Below, piece after piece: positions 25,898 through 37,728 of a DNA stretch of 64,000 nt. The notes beneath the pieces are model-generated. The model was not told the DNA's origin. It searched no databases and saw nothing but the letters and a program-made list of their open reading frames with translations. How positions within the stretch are numbered: position 1 is the first letter of the stretch; each line of letters starts with the position of its first letter. The position numbers were made by a program, and so were the translations under genes. This stretch comes from Owenia fusiformis (lineage: Eukaryota). The stretch is from assembly GCA_903813345.2 (NCBI GenBank), contig CAIIXF020000001.1:46252001-46316000 (forward strand). Reading direction: 5' to 3'.

Positions 25898-26262
25898 TTA
25901 TTCCATAATATTACTGTTTTCCCAGGGAAATATGAAGGAATAAAAATCGTATTGAATCGTATTACATGAAAAAATCGTATTGTCCCCGGGAAAAAAATCG
26001 TATTGGAGCGTATCACATGAAAAAAATCGTATTGTCCCCGGGAAAAAAATCGTATTGGAACGTACTAACCTATTTTTGGTTTTCCTGTTATTTTTAACCT
26101 TAGCTAATTGATAAAAGCTTTTTCAAAATGTAACATTTTAGAGGAATGTATTATGGAATAAATAGGTTATTTCTGGTCGGGATTGAATATGGGTTTCATT
26201 CCTCGGAAAATATGATATTGACCTTGGAAAATATGATATTGACACTCGGTAAATAACCTATA
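25898..26262. repeat. Palindrome-bounded repeats with an internal tandem of about 52 bp
   Basis: TTATTCCATAATA (25898) / TATTATGGAATAA (about 26149) bracket about 2.5 copies of aaaaatcgtattgtccccgggaaaaaaatcgtattgg. An adjacent ATAGGTTATTT...AAATAACCTAT module follows. Confidence 0.7.
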
Positions 26263-27314
26263 TATATTGTGTCAGGATATTCACTTCTGAAGTCAATGAA
26301 CTTAAAATTCTGCATCAATAATTTAAACAAAGATCATGATTAACATGCAATATAATACAAAATGCTGCTTTTTATAGTCTATCCATGAAAAAATGTTGCC
26401 ATGGTAATTAAGTGCCTGGAACTCCAGGTCAGTCACCTTTTTAGATTTAATTATTCTCCCATTTGTGACTTAACATAAAATGCATATAAGTTAGCAGCAT
26501 TTAAGTTAGCAAATCTTACAACAGGATAAACATATTTTCTGAGAAAACAGTACCTTTTGAAGCAAGACTATTGCTACGTGTGTTGAATTGTAATACCCAG
26601 CAACTGAATAAATACTAATTTCAATTTAAGCTTAAAATACCATAAATAATAGATTGGCCTTCAATACGGAGCACCAGCTGCTGTTTACAAAGAGTAATGA
26701 ACTTTAAAATTCAAGTTCAATGCTGATCATAAAATAAAGATGAACTTTTACATGTAGGTTTGAAAACATCATATACCAAAAAGCATGCTTTAAATTAACC
26801 CTCTAGGGACTTTGTAACTTGTGTTAGTTTGAAGATATTTATATTAGAGAGATTTTAGTATAGAATCCAGGAGGAAGAAAATATGCATTTCAGGTTAATG
26901 ACTCAATTGTCTCAAGCTATTGTTATACCTGAGTTTAGCTAGGTTATAACATGTTAAAATTTATTTTTATCACCAAAACATAGGTAGAAGCATATTATAC
27001 AAGAAAGCAATAACAAAACATATTTAGATTTTATTGTATTTTTCACTATCTCAAATATATTTTTCATGGTCTTAAATGTGAAATAAAAGTTAGTTGAAAA
27101 CAGAAAATACTGATGTTTTTCTACATATTCTGTTACATCAAGAAATTATGACTGATTTAAAAAGTAGAGTTTAAGCAAGTGGTGGCAACATTTTACAAGT
27201 GATTTCCTGCATGCATTACAGTATAATTCACAATCCTAAATAAACATATGTATGCCAATGAAAGTATGTATACTGTATGAATTGTAATGTCATAAGAGGG
27301 AAGGTTAAATAACG

Positions 27315-27736
27315 CAAATGCGAGTAGGTAGTTACCAGTTTCACCACCAGGTGGCTTGCTCGGGTCAGATAGCATGGCGGGTATAGTAGAAAGTTCCCTT
27401 TAACTTAAATTACATCTGTTTTGGTGGTTCAATTTTCATATAGCCCTAATGTATGGAATAGTTATGCAAATTAAAGTATGTCCAGTAAAAGAAAATGTTA
27501 TATGTCCAATACAAGAAAAGATATTTCACTTTTTGTGATTTTGTAATATGGGGTCTATGGGGAATCAACCCGAACAAGAAGTCACATTTTCAAAAAATAT
27601 TAAATTTTTAAAGTTGATAAACAATTTTCGAAACCATATTATAGTATTTTTACATGTAGATTTCAAATATGACATCACTTTGACTGAATTTTGAATATTT
27701 AATGATGTAAATCAAGATCATTTCTACTCGCATCTA
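27315..27736 (+). mobile_element. Internally deleted copy of family B
   Basis: CAAATGCGAGTAGGTAGTTACC...CTACTCGCATCTA, collinear with 14173-14520. Confidence 0.75.
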
Positions 27737-27823
27737 GTTTATTGAGAGATCAAACTGTATCATATTCAGTAATAAAACCTGTAAGTTATGTTTGCCTTAC
27801 AGTCTCTGTATGGCATGTCCCAG

Positions 27824-28379
27824 TTTTTATGTCACCACCAAAAAGTGGTGACATATTGTTGTGGTCTCTATTTTTTTTGACGGTGGTTGGCGGTCGGCGT
27901 CTGTAACAAATTCTTACAACTTCAAATAATTTAACAAATATTGTATAAACTGACTTCAATTGTTTTTCAAAATCATCGACATGTTTTCAGAAGTTCAAAT
28001 TTGACTTTATATTTAAGATTTGACCTTCAATAACCCTTCAAAAAAGGTAAAAAAGTATCAACTTGCTTCAAATTGACCAATTTCTTTTCAAAATCATCTA
28101 TAAGTTATCGGAAGTTCAAATCTGACTCAAGATTTGAGCTTTGACCTTCAAAGACCTTCTTAAGGTCAAAAAGGCCTTTTTTCAACTTGCTTCAAACTGA
28201 CCAATATTTTTTTTCCAAATCATCTACAAGCTCTCAACAGTATAAGTCTGACTCTAGATCTGACCTTCAATGACATTCTCAGGGTCAAAATAGATTTAAC
28301 CTTTAATGACCTTCAAGGTCAAAAAGGTATTTTTTCGTCTTGCTCCAATTAGGTGGTGACATTTTGTCATGGCTTGTTT
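27824..28379 (+). mobile_element. Full-length HINE-like element (family A) with internal tandem repeats
   Basis: TTTTTATGTCACCAC...GTGGTGACATA 5' stem-loop, ggcg microsatellite remnant, about 3 internal units, 3' GGTGGTGACATTTTGTCAT. Confidence 0.75.
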
Positions 28380-28506
28380 ACAAGCTATAGTCACCAGACT
28401 TGCAACACAATTGCCATACAGTTCACGAGCGATTACTTTGCCATCGCAAGTGTGACTGAGGCATTAGAAGATTCCCACTTGCTGATGTTTTATTCAACAT
28501 TTACAT

Positions 28507-29305
28507 TACTGCCCCCAGAATTCTGTGTTTGAAGAGCACAGACAGAATTTGCCTTTGCCCGCGGAATTGCAGAATCAACTATTTTGTTCAATCTCCGTAA
28601 AATTCTCAGCGGAATCGATATATTTTTCAAAAGTTTAAATGGTGTTGCCTGTAACAATTTGACATGGTTTCAGTCAAATCCCTTGTAGAAATAACCCAAA
28701 AATGCGAAGTGAAAATTTTAAACTTCATCTTTTGATTTCTGTCGCTAGATGGCAGCATGTATTGAGTAGTGACGTAGTGACTGACTTCGAACTATCACGA
28801 AATTTTCCTATTTGTATTATATCTATCACAATATTTTCTAGAGATGTCACGGAACAAAAAAAATCAGAATGGTTCGGTACGGAACATTTTGCTTCGGAAT
28901 GAAACAATTTCGGAATGGTTGGAACAGAGTGACTGTGTGTATTAAAGTAATTTGATCATCTAGGTCTATTTGGTAGCGAAAAGCTCTTCAAAACTATTCA
29001 AAGAGAAGGAGTAAAAAGAACGAACCTCTTTTGGTACAAAATATTAAAAGAAAAATGCTGTTCTGTGGAGATTCAAGGGCCAGAAGTTGTGAAAGGGTAA
29101 AATGTTCTTGTTCCGGAACCGAACCGAAATTTTTAATTTTTGTTCCGTGTTCTGTTCCGAGGGCATAATTCCGCAGATCGGATATCCGTGACACCTCTAA
29201 TATTTTCCATGGAATTTCTGCAGAATTATCCTCTTCCCCTTGCAGAATTCACTAATTTCACTTGCAGAATTTAGCATTTTAACTTGCAGAAACCTGGGGG
29301 GAGTG
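28507..29305. mobile_element. Older TIR element hosting a nested hAT MITE
   Basis: Imperfect TIRs TACTGCCCCCAGAATTCTG / CAGAAACCTGGGGGGAGTG, with gcagaatt subterminal repeats on both sides of the nested insert. Confidence 0.5.
28839..29199. mobile_element. hAT-type MITE (361 bp)
   Basis: 15-bp TIRs TAGAGATGTCACGGA / TCCGTGACACCTCTA, a perfect 8-bp TSD ATATTTTC (28831-28838 and 29200-29207), and cggaa subterminal repeats. Confidence 0.92.
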
Positions 29306-29384
29306 ATACATGTTAAAAAGTGTTCTACTTACAGAGGTGTTCTACTTGATATATTCACTTCAATTCTTTCCTGTGTATTTCCAG

Positions 29385-29432
29385 GCAACGACTACATTTG
29401 GGGAACTGGAAAAGTGGGAATGAAGTGCCAAG
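29385..29432 (+). CDS. PIK3R1: Gene 2 exon: middle of the C1 domain (CNDYIWGTGKVGMKCQ)
   Basis: Acceptor tatttccag, donor G|GTAAAG, phase 1-1. T+GC across the junction rebuilds the second Cys of the C1 motif. Confidence 0.88.
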
Positions 29433-29778
29433 GTAAAGCTAAGCATTTTAAAAATTCAGTGAACCATAAAGTAATATTATTTTTCTCAACAGGGTGACTT
29501 ATTCTTTTTAGATCTGCTCTGTGTTGACTGTGATGATAATTTTGTAGAAATCCTGAGTTTACAAATTGAAATAAAAAAATAAAAAATGCAGGAATAAATT
29601 GCCAAAATGTATCTTTGAAAGTAACTCACAAAGAACGTCAAATAATCCTACAGATTTATGATATTGAAGAAACACTGATTACATTTCCATTTTTTATTGC
29701 ACTTTGAAAAAGTGCTATATTGCTGTTGTCTTGTTTGTTCTCCAGAAATGCTTCATGGTTTGTTTTGTTTTACTCCAG

Positions 29779-29888
29779 GATGTGGACGATGCTTTCATGA
29801 GAGGTGTGGAAAATTAGTTGCCAAAGAAACCTGTAGAAAAATGGATAGTGCTTCTAGTCCTAAAAGTGAAACCCTTGACACATCAAAG
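29779..29888 (+). CDS. PIK3R1: Gene 2 exon: end of the C1 domain and linker (GCGRCFHERCGKLVAKETCRKMDSASSPKSETLDTSK)
   Basis: Acceptor ttttactccag, donor AAG|GTAAGA, phase 1-0. Completes H-X12-C-X2-C-X13-C-X2-C-X4-H-X2-C-X8-C. Confidence 0.88.
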
Positions 29889-29916
29889 GTAAGAGTTGAA
29901 GTATAATTGTCGAAAT

Positions 29917-30370
29917 TATTATCCCACTAAATGAAGTTCGAGGGGGATATAGAGAAACCATCTGGTCATCAGTCCGTTTGTCTGTTCGTCCGTGTTTCTG
30001 GGCGATAACTCAAATACTGGTTGATGAATATAATACAAATTTTATAGGCTTATACCTTATGGATGTAGGTCGTAGGACCTCTGCTAGAGGACATATTCGG
30101 TTCAAATTTTATATGCTGATTTTATATGTCTGCTTGAGAAAGAATTTTCAAGATGGCAGCCGAATTTCAAAATGGGCGCCATATTATTATAAAAGAATGT
30201 AAACATTGATAACTCAAATACCAGTTGACGGAGTTGGTTCAAATTTTATATGCTGATGCCTAGGGGCAATGCTCTGTTAAAGAAGAAATTTTCAAGATGG
30301 CTGCTATTTATCAAAACATGTTTTGTTAGGTGGGATTTGCTACTCCTTGGAGTTGCTGTTTTGTAGTTGG
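29917..30370 (+). mobile_element. HINE-like element of a second family
   Basis: TTATTATCCC...GGGGGATA 5' stem-loop, GTCC/GTCT microsatellite, two internal units (gataactcaaatac...caagatggc), 3' GGTGGGAT plus hairpin (actccttggagt). Confidence 0.6.
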
Positions 30371-31889
30371 TTTATTTGAAATAAAAAAACTTTATATTTA
30401 AAGCCCAATTTAGCCCAATAGGTACACACTAAAATTTATATTTAAAGCACATTTTGCCTAATTTCAAATGAATTAAAACAAAAAACATCATCTGTGTAGG
30501 TTTTAATTTCAAAATATTTGTGATCAGAAACAATTCTTTTTTGGCCTTACTAGAAATCTCATCCTTGAAAGATATGATTGATACAATGTAACCAAGTACA
30601 GTGACATCAGTATAGAATATCAATAGAGGACATTGAAGTTAATGTCCATTTATTAGTCTCAGGAGTCTATTTAATGTTGCCTAATGTTGTATGGCACCAT
30701 ATGATTGTGTAAGGTGATATAACTTAGAACTAATGCTCTAGAATTGATGGCTATTGGAAATTATATCCTGCCTTGAAGTGGCAATTTACAAAGCCACAAT
30801 ACACACTGTTTCACTCCCTCCTACACATTTTCTGATATCAAATGCTTATTTTGGTTCATTTTGGTATTTTAGAATATTTTTGTGGAATACTATCTATCAT
30901 TTCCGTATTCCAGTTAAACAACAATGGAAGAAAAACAATGGCAGTTTTTTTTCACCCAGAAATGCTGGTTATTAATCAATAGAAATGGATCTCTTGAAAC
31001 ATTTTTCAAATATTAAGGCCTATTTTTCCAAACAGGCACCTTCCGAAAATATGAAGTCTGTTATTGAGAAAAAGCCTCTAAGTAGTCCCAGATCAACTAG
31101 AATATATTTTATAAAATGAGTTAACCCAATTTTTATCATCAAATATCAACATTTCTTTTTCAAACAATGTTTCAGAATCTAGAATATTTTCTATCTTTTA
31201 GTCCACCATATATATTTAATAGAGTTGAAATTCTGGTCATTCTAAAATCAATGCCTTTCAATATTTATTTTTATCAGCCGGTCATACATGTGCCTAGTTG
31301 TTGCTCATCTCATCCTTTACAATAGTGCAACATTGAATATTGATCGCCAGCCAGCAGTATAAGTGCATCCTAATAAAATGGCTAACAAGTGTAAGGTCAT
31401 TGATACTTCTCGTGGCTGAATAATCATCATATATCTTCATTGATGAGAGGAAGAACCCTGGATAATTACAAGATATTTCATTCTCTGAGACTGGAAGGTA
31501 ATACCTCATTTTTTATTATTATTTTTCCAAGGTGTATTGCCTATAACCCAAAATCTGTCAATGCCTGCAGGCAAGGCTTTTCCCATGAGTTTTCAATTCA
31601 ATTTGTTTATTTCATAAAGTACATATACTATGACATTGAATGGGTGGGTGATACAAGGATTTGTGTATATTCCAAAAGGTGGCATGAATGATATACAAAG
31701 TATGTTGGAGTGTAATTACTCATCATTTTTCAAAGGACTTCATTTATGCTTAAATTCATGGAAATAAGTGAAATACCCTTTGACCAAGGATGGTAATTAC
31801 AGGGATCTGCTATTACATGCCCTCAACTGAAGAAATATAATGAGTGCCATTAGATTGCCCCTGAATAGAGCTGATTGGTTTATATACTG

Positions 31890-34273
31890 CAGGCCTCCTA
31901 GACTTCCAACAACGCGAACATCAGTTCTGATACCGCGAACTACGTTCCTTGCACTCGAACCACGAATCTCATATCGCGAACGTGAAATCTTATGTCGCGC
32001 ACCACCATTTCTTTGTTTCCGAACATATTTCTTGTACCTCGCACAGAGATCCGTTACCGCGAACAATTTGTACATAATACATCCGGGTGCTTGGGATTCC
32101 AAGTTACATGTATATACCAATATGCAACGAAGTGAAACAAGGAAACGAAATTCAGTTTCTCCTCCGCTTTCGCCAGACTTTCGTTCCTTTGAAAAGCATG
32201 CGCAATATTAACATCCACGCCCCGAGTTGGCAGGGCTTTAAATGATATGTATATCACACGCTTGCACCGATGATCATGTTCCCGACATCCATTTTTGTGA
32301 CTCATGTGGATGGCAGAGAGACTCAGCTGATTTCAGGTAGATCTACCGTTTTTGTATAGTTAATTTTTTTTCTTACACTGGTTTAGGTGCCATGGTAGTT
32401 AACAGGAAATGACAAAACAGGAAGTGACAAAACCATGCTGGATTTCAAACGTTTTTTGAACCAAGATATCAGAGTTTTGCTTTGACCTCCAGTCAGTTTA
32501 ACTAGTTCCACATACCATTTACATGACCATGATCACAATGACCATGGTCAGATTGACCCTAGACATGATGAAATTAATTCTTCAGCCCTCTGAAATTTGT
32601 GACTGAAAAATAGATAAAAATAGAGCTTAGGAAAGGTCACTGAACAGAATCTCTTGCATTTTTCAGAAAATGTGCCTAATATATTGCTCTCAGTGATACA
32701 ATCTTGGGAAATTTGATATCATTCGTTGAAAAAGAAAAAAATGAAAAAACTGAATTGAAAAGCGATATTTTTTCCTTTTTAGTATGACCGCCATTTTTTC
32801 AGACAAGTTTCTGAAATTTTAAAGATTGTATCATTTAGAGCAATATATTGGGCACATTTTCTGAAAAATTCAAAAGATCCTGTGCATTGACCTTTCCTAT
32901 GCTCCTACTTAAAGCTATTTACATTGACCTTTTCAGAGGGCTGAAAAAGGTATTTCATCATGTCTAGTAGGGTCATTCTGACCATGGTCAGTGTGATCCT
33001 GGTCACACTGCATCATGCGACCTTAAACAACAAGGTTTACTTTTATACAGTACACCTACATTGTATTCATCAGTTATATTCTGTGTAGATGCACTGGCCT
33101 GCCCCTCCCTCTGAGATGGGCCCAGAAAAAAGGGTCCGACATTTTAGCGCTCCACATGTCTTGGGTCAGATATCGTCCTGGTTGCTGAAGTAAGGAATTT
33201 TTGGGGAACATGGGGCAAAACGGCCCTCATAATAATTAGATCCGTGCAGAGGTTTTTCTAATCTGTCAATCATCGCGAACTTTCATGTTCCATCTTATGA
33301 AGGGATTATATTTCACATTTTCTGTGATTTTTCAGAGTGTTCGAAAATAATGTTGAGAGTAGGGCAAAATGGCCCATGGGTGGGGCAGAACAGCCCACAA
33401 TTAAAGCTTCAGCTTTAAAACCAAGATTAATTTACTACATGACTCGTCAACACACATTTATCTCAGACGGTCAAAGATTAGACAGATAAAGTATTCTTAG
33501 CCCTTACCCTAAAATTACGATTTAGTAGTCATTTGATATGTTTTGAAACAAAAACCAAGTGTTATGATCTTTATCAGGATGATAGATTGTTATTTTCCTG
33601 TATGTAAACAGTTAATCCCACAAGCCGTAATGGGGGGGGGGGGGGCGCAACATTTAAGTTAAGTTTTCATGGCAAAGGGTAGCATCTTCAAATTATCAGT
33701 AGCTGGAGCTACAGATATAGCACATCAAGTATTCTATAAAATCAGGAATATTGTACATAGGGTAACTCATTTCTTTATTATGATGCAATCATCGGCTCAA
33801 ATGGACAAAATTGGAAAAAGCTGTCACTAATTTGGCCATACGTGTTGTTACTCAAAAGTGCAGGTTTTTGTTTTTGTTATTACCCAGCCCTTTCACTGAA
33901 AATGTCAAGGTAGTCCCAATATTTTGTGTTTCCTAGGGCTTGAAAATACTGTTATCGTCAATGAGTGGATATTCATTCACATGCATGAAAACTGGGAAAA
34001 TATTTCTTCCGAATTCCATATGAAAACACCTCCTTGGAATTTTACTTATGCGTAATAATACGAACAAAATTACGGACTTTTTTTCGATCAGATGCTTGGT
34101 TCGCGGTAACGGATCTCTGTGCGCGGTATAAGAAATATGTTCGGAAACAAGGAAATGGTGGTGCGTGACATAAGATTTCACGTTCGCGATATGAGATTCG
34201 TGGTTCGAGTGCAAGGAACGTAGTTCGCGGTATCAGAACTGATGTTCGCGTTGTTGGAAGTCTAGGAGGCCTG
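31890..34273. mobile_element. 2.38-kb non-autonomous DNA transposon with 175-bp TIRs and a 5-bp TSD
   Basis: CAGGCCTCCTAGACTTCC... (31890-32064) mirrored at 34099-34273, with TACTG on both flanks. The ORF track shows near-identical mirror translations. No transposase ORF. Confidence 0.9.
32524..33005. repeat. Degenerate foldback of about 480 bp inside the 2.38-kb element
   Basis: tgaccatggtcaga...tagacatgatgaaat...ttcagaaaatgtgcc...aatatattgctct mirrored at about 32815-33005. Confidence 0.8.
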
Positions 34274-35453
34274 TACTGCACTAATCTGAAAGTTGAAGCC
34301 TTATCTATTTTAGAAGCAAAAACAAACTATTTGAAAGGGGAAGAATACTGCACTTGAGTTGATGAATTTTTATGTCTTGGCATCTTATATGCCCAGGAAT
34401 ATCTTGATGAGACAATTTTTGATTTATATAATGTCACAATTAACAATGTCTAGCACATGTCCTCATGCAAAGGATGAGTCTGGATATATGCCCTTTTGGT
34501 CCCTCAGTTAAATGTATGTAAAATATGTTTTTTATAACTGTCCAAGTTATATTTACTTTTTCATGAGTTTTGATGCATACATGTAATTAACCCCCTGCTG
34601 AGAGTCAAAATAAGTATCCTTAACGGAAAAAAATGTCTAGTCATTATCATAGAAAAAACACCAATGGCAACATGTATGACATATAACGTAGAAATAACTT
34701 AATGACCCATGAAGAATTAAAAAGAAAATCATATTTTTTAAATATATTTTAGGATTTAATTTTTTTCAAATGTTTGAATTTCCCGCCGGTTTAATTTGTA
34801 GGGGGAAAAACAAGATGGCTGCCATTTGGTGTTGGAAATTGAAACCAAAATGTTTTGCTCAGCATTAATTTTACTGAAATATGTATAATTTCACCAAACT
34901 AATTGAAGTGTTAAATCTGGATGCTCAGTAACTTTGAGTGACTATAATCCCTGAATACCCAGATAAACACCAATTCACTTATCAAGAAACATCATGTTTT
35001 GGATGATATGTTTCAAACTTTTTGTATAAATTATTCATTTAATATAATATGCACTTGAATTTTTTTCAATTGTGGCATAGTGATATGCATTCTTTTTTAT
35101 GCCAATATTCATCATTAATTGTGATACAAATTGATATTTTTTGTACTCTCAGAAGAAGGAGATATTGAGGTTTATAATATGTGTGATTGAGTTGGTTTTT
35201 CAGACATTACAATTTTCAATATTTTCTAAGTCGATATCCGGACCCATTCCCGGACTCATCCTTTCCAGCCCCCATGTTATTCCAATAGGAGTAAAAAAAT
35301 AACTAATTATGCTAGATTTGTCTAAATCGAATAAAATTCTTTTTTTTCATGAAGTCCATGTGATTTTAATATTATTTCTAATAGCGATAATTTCGCTAAT
35401 ATCAAAACTATTGCTAATAACGATAATTTTACTTTACATTCAAGTGAAATTAG

Positions 35454-35755
35454 CATTATTACCACCTTGCCGGGCCTGTTCTAGGGTGTAAGTGCTAGTT
35501 TAGAAGGCTTTTATTTTTTTAACGTATTGACCTGAGCAATATGTGACATCATAGTGGCGTGTCCGCCAATGTTCCCCAGGAAATAAGATATAGTTTCGTG
35601 TATATGATGTTCATTCTGTGGCAGTTGGTTCTTGCTATTTCAGCCCTGGGCATAAATGGTGATAATAATACTAATAAAGTCATTTCTTCGGGCAAATTAG
35701 TGAAATATTGGACCTTGGGTAAGGCCCTTGGTCCAAGTTTTCACTATATTGCCCT
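35454..35755 (+). mobile_element. Partial copy of family B ending in a hairpin
   Basis: attattaccaccttgccgggcc...gtgctagtttagaagg matches 14927-14980. Ends in tagtgaaatattggacc...ggtccaagttttcacta. Confidence 0.6.
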
Positions 35756-36434
35756 TTGAAATGACATACCATTATCAGATAATGTCGATATTATCGACAA
35801 TAGCGAATTTGATGAAAATTGATAATTATTGAAATTAAATCCAGTATACAAACTCAGCTTTTATTGTGCTTTGGAAGCTTTATGGTCAATTCTTCATGAG
35901 GCGTCATTTTTGTAAGTCTTTTTGTAAGTTTTCATTTCAAAATTGTGTGATTTAAAAACAATGTTTGATAAGTAAAATTACATGTACACCTTGTGTTAGG
36001 TGTTAGGTATTTTCACCAATGTTCACTCATTTCACTCTCATTGAAATTTTTTATGGACTTAACATGTCATTACCTGAATATCAGTCTTGTGCATTAGGTA
36101 GATGAAGCTCTCTTTTAAGAAACAAAATTAAACTATTGGAAATGGTAACATGTCATTGTGGTTGCAGAAAATCTATTGCTCCACTTTATAGTTTCATGAA
36201 AGTCCTTGAATTTTATGTTCACTGGGGTCATCGAGTAGGGACATTTATTATGTAGCCAATAGTATAGTAGGAACAAGGGGTTCCCATGCACCCATAAGGT
36301 GTGAATAAGTTACATACATTTTTGTAATCCCTAGGGTGTCTATTTAATGAATTCATTTGTTAACATTGCCAACTAATGTCCCATAGTACTTTTATGGCGG
36401 CATTCAGTTACCATGGTTACGCATCTTTAGACAT

Positions 36435-37170
36435 CTTACCTTGGTATCTTAAATCATTTGTAGCTCTGTCATTATTTGGTCTATAGAAATGATATTGGTA
36501 CCAAATTAAACCTCGTTAAATTTCCAATAAATTTCTGATATTCAATTATGCAAATTATCTAATTTGCATAAATTATGACGTCATCAATCTATTTTTGGTT
36601 CAGAATTTCCAACTATAGCAACGTATCTATTAGAACTGAGGCCGTATGGCAAAATTTCTGAAAGGTTTTGTCCTTTATTCTATTAGTAGAAGGTATAAGC
36701 AACATAAAAGTGAAAACAGATTCAAAATTGAATCAGTATTACGAAAGTTATGTAACTTTCGAGGCAGCTATCGTGAATGTCATTATTTGACAATAATATA
36801 CATACGTCTTACCTTGGAGTCTTGAATCAATGTAGCATCGCCATTATTTGGTCTATAGAGATGATATTGGTATCTGATTAAACCTTATTAAATTTACTAT
36901 ATGGTTACAATATTAAGTTATGCAAATTAGCTAATTTGCATTAATTGTGACGTCATCAATCCATTTTTTGTTCAGAATATCGTAGTATAGCAACATATCT
37001 ATTAGAACTGAGGCCGTATGACAGAATGTGTGCATATTTTTTTGTCCCTTATTTGATGAGTGGAAGATATAAGCAACATTAAAGAGACAACAAATCTTCA
37101 AAATTGGATCAGAATTAACAAAATTATCCAGCTTTGGAGGCAGCTACTGTGAACGTCATTGTTTGACAAT
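36435..37170 (+). repeat. Two diverged tandem units of about 373 bp within the left TIR (mirrored at about 39960-40695)
   Basis: cttaccttgg starts at 36435 and 36808. Shared blocks tctattagaactgaggccgtatg and gaggcagcta...tttgacaat. Confidence 0.85.
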
Positions 37171-37728
37171 TATAAAAAGAATATTAAATTAACAAAAAAA
37201 GTAACAACCATAGTTGTTTCAATCTTATTGAGTAAAAATGTGCATGTATTGAACTGAACTAATAAGTATGTGGAAAGGTTACATGTATTTTGACTATCAT
37301 TCACAGGGGTCAAAACGGTTATCTCGACACTGTATATTAAAGATCCAATCTTATAATTTACCATGCACTTTCAATGATTCATATAAATAGTATACATATA
37401 GTCTGATTTTCATCATATTCTTCATATTCTTGATTCTTAAAGCATCTGAAGTATATAGCATGATTAGAAGTGAAGATGATTCATCATATGGTTTATGTAA
37501 TATTTCTAACATTTCAGATGCTATGGTAACATCACTTGATAATGAGGTTTTTACATTTCACGTTCTTAATGAGTTAAAAGGAAGTTATTCTCCCTTTGCT
37601 TTAGAGATAAATAGTCGCATGAATTTGTTTAGAAAAATTATAACTTAATTAATTTAACCCCCCCCCCTGACAGCCCCCATATTTGAAGATTTTGGTGAAA
37701 CCTGGCAAAATACATTAATTATTAGGTT

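Noticed and set aside
31797..34281. Mirror-image ORFs (123/107 aa and 93/79 aa)
   Set aside because: They arise from the stop-poor CpG-rich TIRs and have no recognisable domain.
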